Positions 33,744-41,644 of a DNA stretch of 64,000 bases are shown one piece after another. The notes under the pieces were generated by a model, which made no database searches, was not told the origin of the DNA, and saw only the letters and a program-made list of their open reading frames with translations. The position numbers were made by a program, and so were the translations under genes. Location of the stretch: sequence record MK327932.1; one strand, given 5' to 3'. This stretch comes from Escherichia phage vB_EcoM_G2248. Every line of letters starts with the position of its first letter. Within the stretch, counting starts at the first letter, position 1.

Positions 33744-34052
33744 ATGCACACACTCATAAAGACCAAAACTCCAGCCGTTTCCGCACCCGTAAACTGTATT
33801 CATAGTTCTCACATGACCGTGCAAATGTCAGTTGAAGGGGTAAGGGAAGGGCAAAAAGTCATTGCGGAAGCCTTGTTAGAAGGTTCTCTAGATGGTAAAG
33901 GTTGGTTCACTATTTCAGAATTGAAAGCTGATGGTAATGAATATGCAACTGATGGTGGAGCGTTTGAAACATTATGGTCGTTTATTAGGGCAAATGTAAA
34001 ATCAGTATCTAATGATTCTACTGTAACGGTGTATCTTGCTAAACGGGGGTAA
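33744..34052 (+). CDS. hypothetical 102-aa protein (late accessory module gene 1)
   Basis: AAGGGGA RBS; no recognisable motif. Confidence 0.5.
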   Translation: MHTLIKTKTPAVSAPVNCIHSSHMTVQMSVEGVREGQKVIAEALLEGSLDGKGWFTISELKADGNEYATDGGAFETLWSFIRANVKSVSNDSTVTVYLAKRG

Positions 34053-34056
34053 TTAT

Positions 34057-35769
34057 ATGAAGCTAAATCCACAAGCTATCATTAGTGCTGGTTCCGTGAG
34101 TGGTGGTTGTTCTGGTGGTATTCAGATCGGGACTAACGTACCTAGCGGAATTAAAAATACCCATCGTTTCGAAAATGAAGAAGCGAGGGATACATATTTT
34201 ACCGAACATTTTCCAGAATTAGATAGACTAAAAACAATTATTGTTTGCGGTGCTAAACTTCAATTATGGACTGGTAATACAGCACAATCCCCGTATGATA
34301 ATTCTAAATGGGTCGATATGACCTGGGTGATTCAGGGCGAACAAGGTATTACTGGAGAGAAAGGCGAAAATGGACGTGGAATTGCTAGAATCGCAGCACA
34401 ATTATCTGACGATGATCGAAACTGGACTCTAGAAATTACATATACAGACTCAACGCAAGAATCTTTAGTATTTCCTGTTCCAGATGTATTAGCAAACTTC
34501 GTACAGCGTTTAAACGCAATCGAAGTAAAATGGACAACAACCAATCCAATCAACAATCTCGGGGTCGCTATATCACCCGGACGCTATCCGGTAGGTGATG
34601 CAACTTATGGAAAACCTCCAATGATGGCGAATAAGGGGTCCGCAGATGTATATGTCGTTGATGGTAGCGTTATTCAGGTGGTCCGTTCTGTTGATGGTGG
34701 CGTTTACACTCGTATCCGACACAATGGAGAATGGAGTGAATGGAACTCTCAAAACGATGGTGGAATTGGTGGCGGTGGTTTAACTGGTGATCAGGAAGCT
34801 ATGCTAACAAGTCTAAGCACTCGTTTACCGGAGACGTCACCAGAAATACTGGATTTAAACACTCTGACTAAACAAGGTCGCTTTTGTTATTTTGAAGGGA
34901 CCGCAAACCGTCCGAATGGAGCACAAGCACACGGTTCAGTAGACGTACATTCGTGTAAAAACTATGTGTTACAGATTGCAACCAGTGTAGAAGGGGTAAT
35001 GTATCATCGCTCATACACAAAGAAAACTGATTCATGGTCCGAATGGACACAGATCAGCGATCATACTGGAGGGGCGACAATATATGAGTTCCCTCGTGTG
35101 TCTAGTGTGTTCACGACCGCACAAAGTTTAATCGAGGCAACAACACCGGGTACTGGAGGCGGGGCATTTTATATTCCGTGGAAATATGTCATTCATGATA
35201 ACTATGGGTGTACACCACGGATATCAGAGCCAGTTAGACAGAACGATGCCGATCATTGGTGGGTGTGTCCGAAATATGGAAGTTATGACATGGAATTGAT
35301 TTTTGATGTTGGTTTTATTAAAACACCACAAACAATTCCTCCTATCTTTACAATCACGGTATGGCATCGATTAACCGACGGTCGAGAACAACAAGCAGCA
35401 CGTTATCAGATTGGATTAGATGTATCACAAAAAAACCAAACATCAAAATCGCTAAAATTGAGAATGACTCACATTACATCGGGAGAGATGTTCCGGTGGC
35501 ATGTTTCATTTAATGGTGGTAGTTGGTCGGCAAGCGATAACCCAGATGTTTCCCTTGTACCATTCCGAACATTGCTGATGGTCGATGAAGTGGAACACGA
35601 TTCAGCAAAACGAATTGGTTCGTTAGCATACAACACATGGGCGAATTTTCAAGCTAGAAAAGGTCTGGCGGCGACTGTAAGTGAAGACGAATTAAAAAAA
35701 GCTCGTCTTAATGCCGTTAAATGGAGCGCATCAATCGAAAGTGTTGATGCATCTCAGGACGACCAATAA
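34057..35769 (+). CDS. hypothetical 570-aa fibre-like protein with short collagen-like Gly-X-Y stretch
   Basis: start at ATG 34057 (GGGGG RBS; ORF track starts at 34036); GEQGITGEKGENGRG collagen-like triplets and GGIGGGG linker. Confidence 0.55.
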   Translation: MKLNPQAIISAGSVSGGCSGGIQIGTNVPSGIKNTHRFENEEARDTYFTEHFPELDRLKTIIVCGAKLQLWTGNTAQSPYDNSKWVDMTWVIQGEQGITGEKGENGRGIARIAAQLSDDDRNWTLEITYTDSTQESLVFPVPDVLANFVQRLNAIEVKWTTTNPINNLGVAISPGRYPVGDATYGKPPMMANKGSADVYVVDGSVIQVVRSVDGGVYTRIRHNGEWSEWNSQNDGGIGGGGLTGDQEAMLTSLSTRLPETSPEILDLNTLTKQGRFCYFEGTANRPNGAQAHGSVDVHSCKNYVLQIATSVEGVMYHRSYTKKTDSWSEWTQISDHTGGATIYEFPRVSSVFTTAQSLIEATTPGTGGGAFYIPWKYVIHDNYGCTPRISEPVRQNDADHWWVCPKYGSYDMELIFDVGFIKTPQTIPPIFTITVWHRLTDGREQQAARYQIGLDVSQKNQTSKSLKLRMTHITSGEMFRWHVSFNGGSWSASDNPDVSLVPFRTLLMVDEVEHDSAKRIGSLAYNTWANFQARKGLAATVSEDELKKARLNAVKWSASIESVDASQDDQ

Positions 35770-35783
35770 TTAGCGGGGGGTGA

Positions 35784-36716
35784 TTGATGACTGACATTAA
35801 GGCAAAAATTAGCCAGTTGCAAACTGATTTTGTTCAAGGCGAGATCACACATTTCACCGGAAACGAATCAAATGCTCTAATGGAAAGTGATGTTGAAAGA
35901 ATTTCAAATTCAATCAACACTCAATTAATTGATCCTGTAATTGATTTTGTTATTGCTTGTGATGAAGTAATAGCAGAAACAGCAAGCGAGGCACATCAAG
36001 CGGCAGAAGTAGCAAAAAATACTGCTGACGTGGCAGACCGAACGGCAGGTCAATCCATGAGTATGGCAACTGATGCAATTGCTAAAGCTACTACCGCTGA
36101 ATCAGAAGCAACACGAGCACACACCCGATTAGATGAACTGAATATTCCAACAATGCCTAATCTTGATAACCAGACATGGAACTGGCTATCAAGATCTTTT
36201 GATAGTGTCAGTATTAGAGTTGGTAATGGTGTAACATTAGCTGACTCTAATACTAAACCACATATCACATGGACACCAATTCGCCAAAACTTTGAAACAG
36301 GTAGCTATTACGTTGAAGGACGTTTTGAAGCTCGTTTTAAAGTAATGGTTCGAGATTGGATTCAGGGCGAAGGTGGTAATATTGTTTATCTGGCAGGAAT
36401 TGATAGTTTAGCGTCATTTAACGGTTGGATTTATCTGGATGGTTTATCATCTACGGATACGATGAAAACAACCAATATTCAGATTAACGCATACACACAA
36501 AAAGACTCGCAAGTAGTATTTGGCGCTAGTGCTGTTGCGTCTATGTCAGATTCAACAAAAGTTAAAATGGCGTTATTCGTAAACGTAGGAACAGATAGAT
36601 TTGATCAATATACAGATCCGGTCTATGTCGACCTTGTTATGACATTCCAGCGTGACGCTAGCGGTAATTTTGGTTTTGGTACGTTGTTCCCAGAATTAAC
36701 CCCATCTTCTTCATAA
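35784..36716 (+). CDS. hypothetical 310-aa protein, N-terminal helical / C-terminal beta-rich (possible fibre tip or adhesin)
   Basis: complete ORF, tightly linked downstream of the fibre-like gene. Confidence 0.5.
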   Translation: MMTDIKAKISQLQTDFVQGEITHFTGNESNALMESDVERISNSINTQLIDPVIDFVIACDEVIAETASEAHQAAEVAKNTADVADRTAGQSMSMATDAIAKATTAESEATRAHTRLDELNIPTMPNLDNQTWNWLSRSFDSVSIRVGNGVTLADSNTKPHITWTPIRQNFETGSYYVEGRFEARFKVMVRDWIQGEGGNIVYLAGIDSLASFNGWIYLDGLSSTDTMKTTNIQINAYTQKDSQVVFGASAVASMSDSTKVKMALFVNVGTDRFDQYTDPVYVDLVMTFQRDASGNFGFGTLFPELTPSSS

Positions 36717-36725
36717 GGAGGAAGG

Positions 36726-36878
36726 CATGAGTAAGAAAGAAAACGGCTATGTTATGACTCGTAAGGAATACGACGAATTGATGTTAGCATTAGCGTATGC
36801 GATTATTCGTTCTGATCATGCAATTAATCTGGTGCACAAAGTCAATCGTAGTGTTGATAATGTTGCTAGGAAGAAGTA
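36726..36878 (+). CDS. small hypothetical protein (50 aa)
   Basis: ATG preceded by strong RBS TAAGGAGGAAGG; below ORF-track size cutoff. Confidence 0.4.
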
Positions 36879-36885
36879 ATTTTAT

Positions 36886-36918
36886 TTTGGGAATCCTTCG
36901 GGATTCCCTTTTCTTTTT
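36886..36918 (+). terminator. rho-independent terminator (GGGAATCC-ttcg-GGATTCCC + T-run)
   Basis: perfect 8-bp stem with tetraloop followed by TTTTCTTTTT. Confidence 0.7.
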
Positions 36919-36919
36919 G

Positions 36920-36927
36920 TATAAATA
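36920..36927 (+). promoter_or_regulatory. late promoter box TATAAATA upstream of gp24
   Basis: exact TATAAATA ~38 nt upstream of ATG 36965. Confidence 0.6.
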
Positions 36928-36964
36928 TGATATATCCATTAAGGCAAATACAGGATTCATAAAC

Positions 36965-38206
36965 ATGACTCATATTTTTACTGAACTGTTGCGGGAATCT
37001 ACTTCCTCAGTAGCTAACCAGACAGCGCGACCGCAACTATTATCACTGACTCGCGCGGTAAACAACCTGATTTTCTCTGATCTGGTGGCAATCCAACCAA
37101 CCGATCAACCAGTATCTGCATTGTACGGCCTACGTTATCTTAATCATGATGGTCAGATGACGTTCCGGACCGCTGCAACCTATGGCGGTGCTGTTGGTGA
37201 TCGTTCTGATATTGAAGAATTTTCACAAGAAAAATCCTATGATGTAGGAGCAAAATTTAAATCAGGCGATGTTGTATACGAAGTTGTAACCGCTGGTACA
37301 GTAGGTGCAGATGCAGCCACGCCCGAAGCCGCAATTTTTAAAGGTGTGATGACAAATCAGATTCGCTTCTATAGCGACTGTGCACCTGTAGAATACTTTG
37401 AAGATAAAAACACAGAGATCTCATCAACGTCAATGCAGTTTGATAAGTGGCAGGTTAATGTAGGTTCTCGTAAATTGAAAACCTCGTTCACCACTGAATT
37501 AATGCAGGATCTTGAAGCAAGCCAAATCAACTCTGAAAACTCTGTAATTGATCTTCTGGCTACTGTCGCTTCCGAAGAGATCAACAAAGATATTATACAG
37601 AAGTTGATCACTGTATCAACTCGCTATAAAATTAAAGGGATCACCCCTGATGGCGTACTTTCTCTAGTTAGCGTTCAGGACGCACCAAAACAAGCTCGCG
37701 AACTTTACCGCTATGCTTGCGAAATGAGCAATCAAATGTTGCGTACTTCCTCCTTTGCTGGCACATACGTTTTGGCGTCTTCTCGCGTGGTTGGTCTCCT
37801 GCAATCTACCGGATGGATGGAAGAAACCGACAATGCTCTAAGCGAAGGCCGTCTACGCTGTGGTCTGGAAGTGTACGCAGATACGGTAACTCCGTTTGAT
37901 TATATGGTCGTTGGCTGTAAACACATGATCGGTGATATGGAGAGTGTAGGTTCTCTTTTCTACTCCCCATACACAGAAGCCGATGGCGCTGGCGCATATA
38001 AGAGCGTAATCGATCCTAACAGCTTCCAACACCATGTAGCTATTATGAATCGTTATTCACTCTCTGTCAACCCATACACAGCAAAAGTTGACCAAGAAGA
38101 ACACCAGGTCATCAAGGGTGACGAGTGGGCTAAACTTGCTGGACGTTCAGAAATGTCCTACATTTTAGGTATCGAACTGCCACCGCTTGAGATTGACAAC
38201 TCTTAA
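36965..38206 (+). CDS. 24: gp24 capsid vertex protein
   Basis: start at internal ATG 36965; N-terminus MTHIFTELLRESTSSVANQTARPQLLSLTRA resembles T4 gp24 and is gp23-paralogous. Confidence 0.85.
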   Translation: MTHIFTELLRESTSSVANQTARPQLLSLTRAVNNLIFSDLVAIQPTDQPVSALYGLRYLNHDGQMTFRTAATYGGAVGDRSDIEEFSQEKSYDVGAKFKSGDVVYEVVTAGTVGADAATPEAAIFKGVMTNQIRFYSDCAPVEYFEDKNTEISSTSMQFDKWQVNVGSRKLKTSFTTELMQDLEASQINSENSVIDLLATVASEEINKDIIQKLITVSTRYKIKGITPDGVLSLVSVQDAPKQARELYRYACEMSNQMLRTSSFAGTYVLASSRVVGLLQSTGWMEETDNALSEGRLRCGLEVYADTVTPFDYMVVGCKHMIGDMESVGSLFYSPYTEADGAGAYKSVIDPNSFQHHVAIMNRYSLSVNPYTAKVDQEEHQVIKGDEWAKLAGRSEMSYILGIELPPLEIDNS

Positions 38207-38794
38207 CTAAATATCTAACCAAGACAAGTCAGATCCGCCCAAGATTTTTTCGACGGCGGATCTATTTTCTTGATGATATAAGTTAAAACATGGTATCCCA
38301 TGTCTACGGGCAACATAAACAGCAATTCGAGTTCCGCCCGAAACAATACCATTAACTTCTTTCGCCCAAAATAACACACAATCTACAGGATCATCAAGTG
38401 TCTCACCTAAGACTTGAGCAACATTTCTAGAAAACAGATTTTGCATGTATAGCGGTATAGAACGAGGATTATCATAAACGTGTTCTAATTCATCCATCGC
38501 CAGATTCTTTTGCTCTAGAGTCTGCCACGCAATCACATCACGACCATTATGCTTATGATCGTAAAACTTCCAATTTGGAATGAAAATTTTTCTATAATCT
38601 GGGTCGTAATACTTCATGAAAGCATTGTCCATACCGTAAGCCCCTCCAGAATGCGCTACAACGCGATTTTCTGACAATACCCTCCCAATGGCACTAGCCA
38701 TTATCAAAATGTCGTTAGGCGCTTTTCTAGAGCCTATAAGAGCACATCTACGAAGTGGTTTTACTCCAAATAGATCTTGTAACTGGTCAAACAT
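38207..38794 (-). CDS. DprA/Smf-like Rossmann-fold protein (SLOG superfamily)
   Basis: ALIGSRKAPNDILIMASAIGRVL..VVAHSGGAYGMDNAF and later EVNGIVSGGTRIAVYVARRHGIPCF match DprA core signatures; start at ATG 38792-38794 behind GGAGGAA RBS. Confidence 0.55.
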   Translation of the reverse strand: MFDQLQDLFGVKPLRRCALIGSRKAPNDILIMASAIGRVLSENRVVAHSGGAYGMDNAFMKYYDPDYRKIFIPNWKFYDHKHNGRDVIAWQTLEQKNLAMDELEHVYDNPRSIPLYMQNLFSRNVAQVLGETLDDPVDCVLFWAKEVNGIVSGGTRIAVYVARRHGIPCFNLYHQENRSAVEKILGGSDLSWLDI

Positions 38795-38915
38795 AATATT
38801 TTCCTCCATAGAAAGCAGTATCATATTACAAGTTAATAACAAATACAAGTATCCGCGTAGCGGAAGCGAGCACAGCGAGCATTAAAACACTTCCAGTAAC
38901 TGATTAATAAATGTT

Positions 38916-38958
38916 CGAAACAAATTTTTATTATTCTATAAGATAAGTCTTCGTTTTG
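38916..38958. repeat. ~44-bp imperfect palindromic intergenic element, copy B
   Basis: cgaaacaaatttttattattctataagataagtcttcgttttg; near-identical to copy A (519-562). Confidence 0.6.
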
Positions 38959-39074
38959 TTCATAATTTAATCATACATGTAAAAACTACACAAAAAGGAT
39001 ATCGCTTCGCGAACTCCTACGGAGTATAACATTTGTGTTACAATATGTAGTGATTAATAATTAACCAAAGATAC

Positions 39075-39109
39075 ATTTTCTATGTTCTAAAGATCTTTCT
39101 TCGTTTTGG
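39075..39109. repeat. palindromic element copy C (right half conserved: ttctaaagatctttcttcgttttgg)
   Basis: matches right arm plus ~20 nt of flanking sequence of copies A and B. Confidence 0.5.
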
Positions 39110-39175
39110 TCACAATTTAATCAAACAGTATTAATATTGTCCACATGTAAACTAAATCATGATGATTTGTGGATA

Positions 39176-39205
39176 CAAAAAAGCCGCCCCGAAGGACGGC
39201 TAATG
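39176..39205 (-). terminator. rho-independent terminator (minus strand) after the 145-aa gene
   Basis: reverse complement reads agccgtccttcggggcggc followed by TTTTTT. Confidence 0.65.
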
Positions 39206-39209
39206 TTAA

Positions 39210-39647
39210 TTATTTGTTGATAACGATCTGATTTCGGCGAATGGTAACATTGCTCTTAGAGATGATCAGATCATCCGGCACTACGTTCGTTTTGTATGGC
39301 TGGAAGCGAACAAGCATCTGATTGCGTTTAGAACCTTCCTTAATCTTGATTTCCATCTGGATATTGTTGCCTACGTGAGCAATAGCAATTTGACCTTTGT
39401 TCTCATAGACCCACTTGCTGGTAACGTCGCCAGCGAAAGCCTTAATAACTTGCAATGCTTCGTCGTATGCAGTAGAGCTATGAACGTTCAGAAGACCAGC
39501 CGTCGCCAGACGTGAGCAAGTGATCGCTGGAGATTGCCAAACATCAACATTGATTTGCTCAATCAGAGCAACACCGCCATGATCAACTGCTTTGAATGCT
39601 TCAAACATTGCTTTTTTCATTGCTACGTGGTTTTTACGGAATTTCAT
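39210..39647 (-). CDS. hypothetical 145-aa protein
   Basis: complete ORF with own terminator; no recognisable motif. Confidence 0.5.
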   Translation of the reverse strand: MKFRKNHVAMKKAMFEAFKAVDHGGVALIEQINVDVWQSPAITCSRLATAGLLNVHSSTAYDEALQVIKAFAGDVTSKWVYENKGQIAIAHVGNNIQMEIKIKEGSKRNQMLVRFQPYKTNVVPDDLIISKSNVTIRRNQIVINK

Positions 39648-39693
39648 AATTAGTCACCTCTATTGATTAGTTATTCAGAATATTAATTACAAA

Positions 39694-39972
39694 TCAGGAC
39701 ATTGCCCGTTTGAATGCGTCCATTATAACAGTGTTTTTCGGCTTGTCAACACGTTTTTGAACTTTATTTTTAATTTTTTTGTTGATGTGGTGTTTACGAT
39801 AAACAACCTTTTCACGGTTGGCGTAAGCCTCGCGTGCATCTTTCACCATCAACCATGCCTTAGCCGCATCTTGTCCGCTGATCCCGCCAATCTTCTTAGC
39901 AATATCAACAAAATTAAGACCGTGGTCTTCTCGTAGCATGTAAACCATTAACGCTGTTTTCCTGTCCATCAC
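39694..39972 (-). CDS. hypothetical 92-aa protein with possible helix-turn-helix
   Basis: segment LNFVDIAKKIGGISGQDAAKAW resembles an HTH; basic C-terminus. Confidence 0.4.
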   Translation of the reverse strand: MMDRKTALMVYMLREDHGLNFVDIAKKIGGISGQDAAKAWLMVKDAREAYANREKVVYRKHHINKKIKNKVQKRVDKPKNTVIMDAFKRAMS

Positions 39973-40166
39973 TTCGCCTCATTGACGATTAACAGGATAG
40001 TGATCAGTACCGGAAACTGGATCATGACAGTACCAAAAAACCGGATAAACGCATTTTCTGACTTCCACACATTACATGCTGCTAGCTGATAGCACAATGT
40101 TGCAACCAGAGCAAGAATATACACAGAAAGTGGTGTAACTTCGATCAGTCGGGAAATCTCATTCAT
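39969..40166 (-). CDS. small hydrophobic (membrane) protein, 65 aa
   Basis: two predicted hydrophobic helices; overlaps downstream gene by 4 nt. Confidence 0.4.
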   Translation of the reverse strand: MNEISRLIEVTPLSVYILALVATLCYQLAACNVWKSENAFIRFFGTVMIQFPVLITILLIVNEAK

Positions 40167-40332
40167 ACTTCACCTCATACATTCATAAACACAACAACGA
40201 ATAGAACAGTAACAGTTATTAAAGCCATTTTCAACCCCATATTCATAATATTTTCTTCGCCTCACTATGACAGTAGCATGTCGATGCGTGCCATTATAGG
40301 CATCTAAATCGCTCTGTCAAGCGCAAAAAAAC

Positions 40333-40360
40333 AAAAAAGCCACCCCGAAGGATGGCTTAA
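40333..40360 (-). terminator. rho-independent terminator (minus strand) after hoc-like gene 1
   Basis: reverse complement: GC hairpin with ttcg loop followed by TTTTTTGTTTTTTT. Confidence 0.6.
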
Positions 40361-40363
40361 TGG

Positions 40364-41593
40364 TTAAAGTGGCGGAGCTTCGCGTATACGAAGAACTCTT
40401 TCTAGTGTCTCTCGATCTAAGTGATGGAATTTGCTTGCATTGTAGCTATAACCATTTCTGGATTCCATACAAATACAATCGCCGTATTTTTCCTCTGCTG
40501 CCGCGATCGTCTCCAGGTCTTTGGCATATCGACTACGGGAATATACTTCTCTGTGTCTCCATTCTAAGTTTAACTCATTGAATTTAACAATCTCGTCAAA
40601 TACCCACCAGCCAATATAGATAAACGACGTTCTACGCCACGGAAGCGGATGGACATAACGGAACATAGTATGAAGAGACTCGACTATGTTCATCTGGCAT
40701 TTGGTACTGATTACAAATCCTACCTCAACACGAGTTCCGTCAATGGTTTGAAAGAGTTTAGCTATACACCAGAAAGTAGCATGATCGTCCTGTGTCGCTC
40801 TTTCTTTGTATAGTGTGCCGTTAGGTAAAATTGAAAATCCCTCTGATATCTCTCCTATGGTGTTTCCTAATAATACCTTATCTTGTCCTTCTCGTTGTAG
40901 ATACCAGTTGTATTGGATGGATAGCGGTGGCATATCGCTATTATCGCCTACAATGTCCTCTGACACAAAATACTGCAATATGATTGGATAACCTATTGCT
41001 ACGGTGTTATCTGCGTTCACATCGCGATCTACGCTCATTTTAGCGAGCATTACCTTAGAAGATGTTTTGTCGATTGAGTTTTCCGATTCACCCCAGACCG
41101 AGACAGTATACACCCCGTTATCGTCATCGCTAAATTCGTGTATTGTTAATGTGTCGCTTGTGTTGTCTAATACTCGACCGTCTTTCTCCCAGCGATAATG
41201 GAGAGTATATGTGTCTGACGGTGATTTTCCTGTGGAGTAACTAACCGTTGTTCGTAGGTCAACATCGGTTTTTGTCTGTACATAGAAATGAGTAGGTTCT
41301 GTTATTTTTACAACTAGTTCGGCCTCATCCATCCGCACCGCGTTACTGGTTGCTTCGTCTCCTGTGTCGGTATCGCGCACGGTTACTTTGTAAGACCCTG
41401 CATTTTCACTTGTTGCGTCAGAAATAGTTAACGTGTTAGTGTCGCCTTCTTGCGATTTATCGTCTTTTGTCCATGTATATGTTAGATTGCTTGGTGCAGG
41501 GTCATCCCCAGAATCCAAAGTCACCGTTAATGTGAACGTGTCACCAGCGAGAAAACATCTTTTATCCGATTTTAATTTAACGGTAAATGCCAT
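40364..41593 (-). CDS. hoc: Hoc-like capsid decoration protein, ~3 Ig-like domains
   Basis: Ig-type periodicity (YxWxKDG.., GxYxCxV); C-terminal YVHPLPWRRTSFIYIGWWVFDEI segment shared with neighbouring paralog. Confidence 0.7.
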   Translation of the reverse strand: MAFTVKLKSDKRCFLAGDTFTLTVTLDSGDDPAPSNLTYTWTKDDKSQEGDTNTLTISDATSENAGSYKVTVRDTDTGDEATSNAVRMDEAELVVKITEPTHFYVQTKTDVDLRTTVSYSTGKSPSDTYTLHYRWEKDGRVLDNTSDTLTIHEFSDDDNGVYTVSVWGESENSIDKTSSKVMLAKMSVDRDVNADNTVAIGYPIILQYFVSEDIVGDNSDMPPLSIQYNWYLQREGQDKVLLGNTIGEISEGFSILPNGTLYKERATQDDHATFWCIAKLFQTIDGTRVEVGFVISTKCQMNIVESLHTMFRYVHPLPWRRTSFIYIGWWVFDEIVKFNELNLEWRHREVYSRSRYAKDLETIAAAEEKYGDCICMESRNGYSYNASKFHHLDRETLERVLRIREAPPL

Positions 41594-41611
41594 ATAATAC
41601 TACTCCATATA

Positions 41612-41642
41612 ACAAAGACCGACCCGAAGGCCGGTCTAACTA
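41612..41642 (-). terminator. rho-independent terminator (minus strand) after large hoc-like gene
   Basis: reverse complement: AGACCG-gccttcgggt-CGGTCT then TTGTT. Confidence 0.5.
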
Positions 41643-41644
41643 TT

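Noticed and set aside
36797-36964. N-terminal 56-aa hydrophobic extension of the gp24 ORF as listed in the ORF track
   Set aside because: The extension spans the upstream terminator and late promoter; the recognisable gp24 N-terminus begins at the internal ATG 36965.
38849-39209. Possible tRNA or small RNA in the 360-bp intergenic region
   Set aside because: No cloverleaf-compatible sequence or T-loop (GTTCGA/TCC) motif found by eye; the region is better explained by the palindromic repeat copies and promoter/terminator elements. A tRNAscan run would be needed to be definitive.
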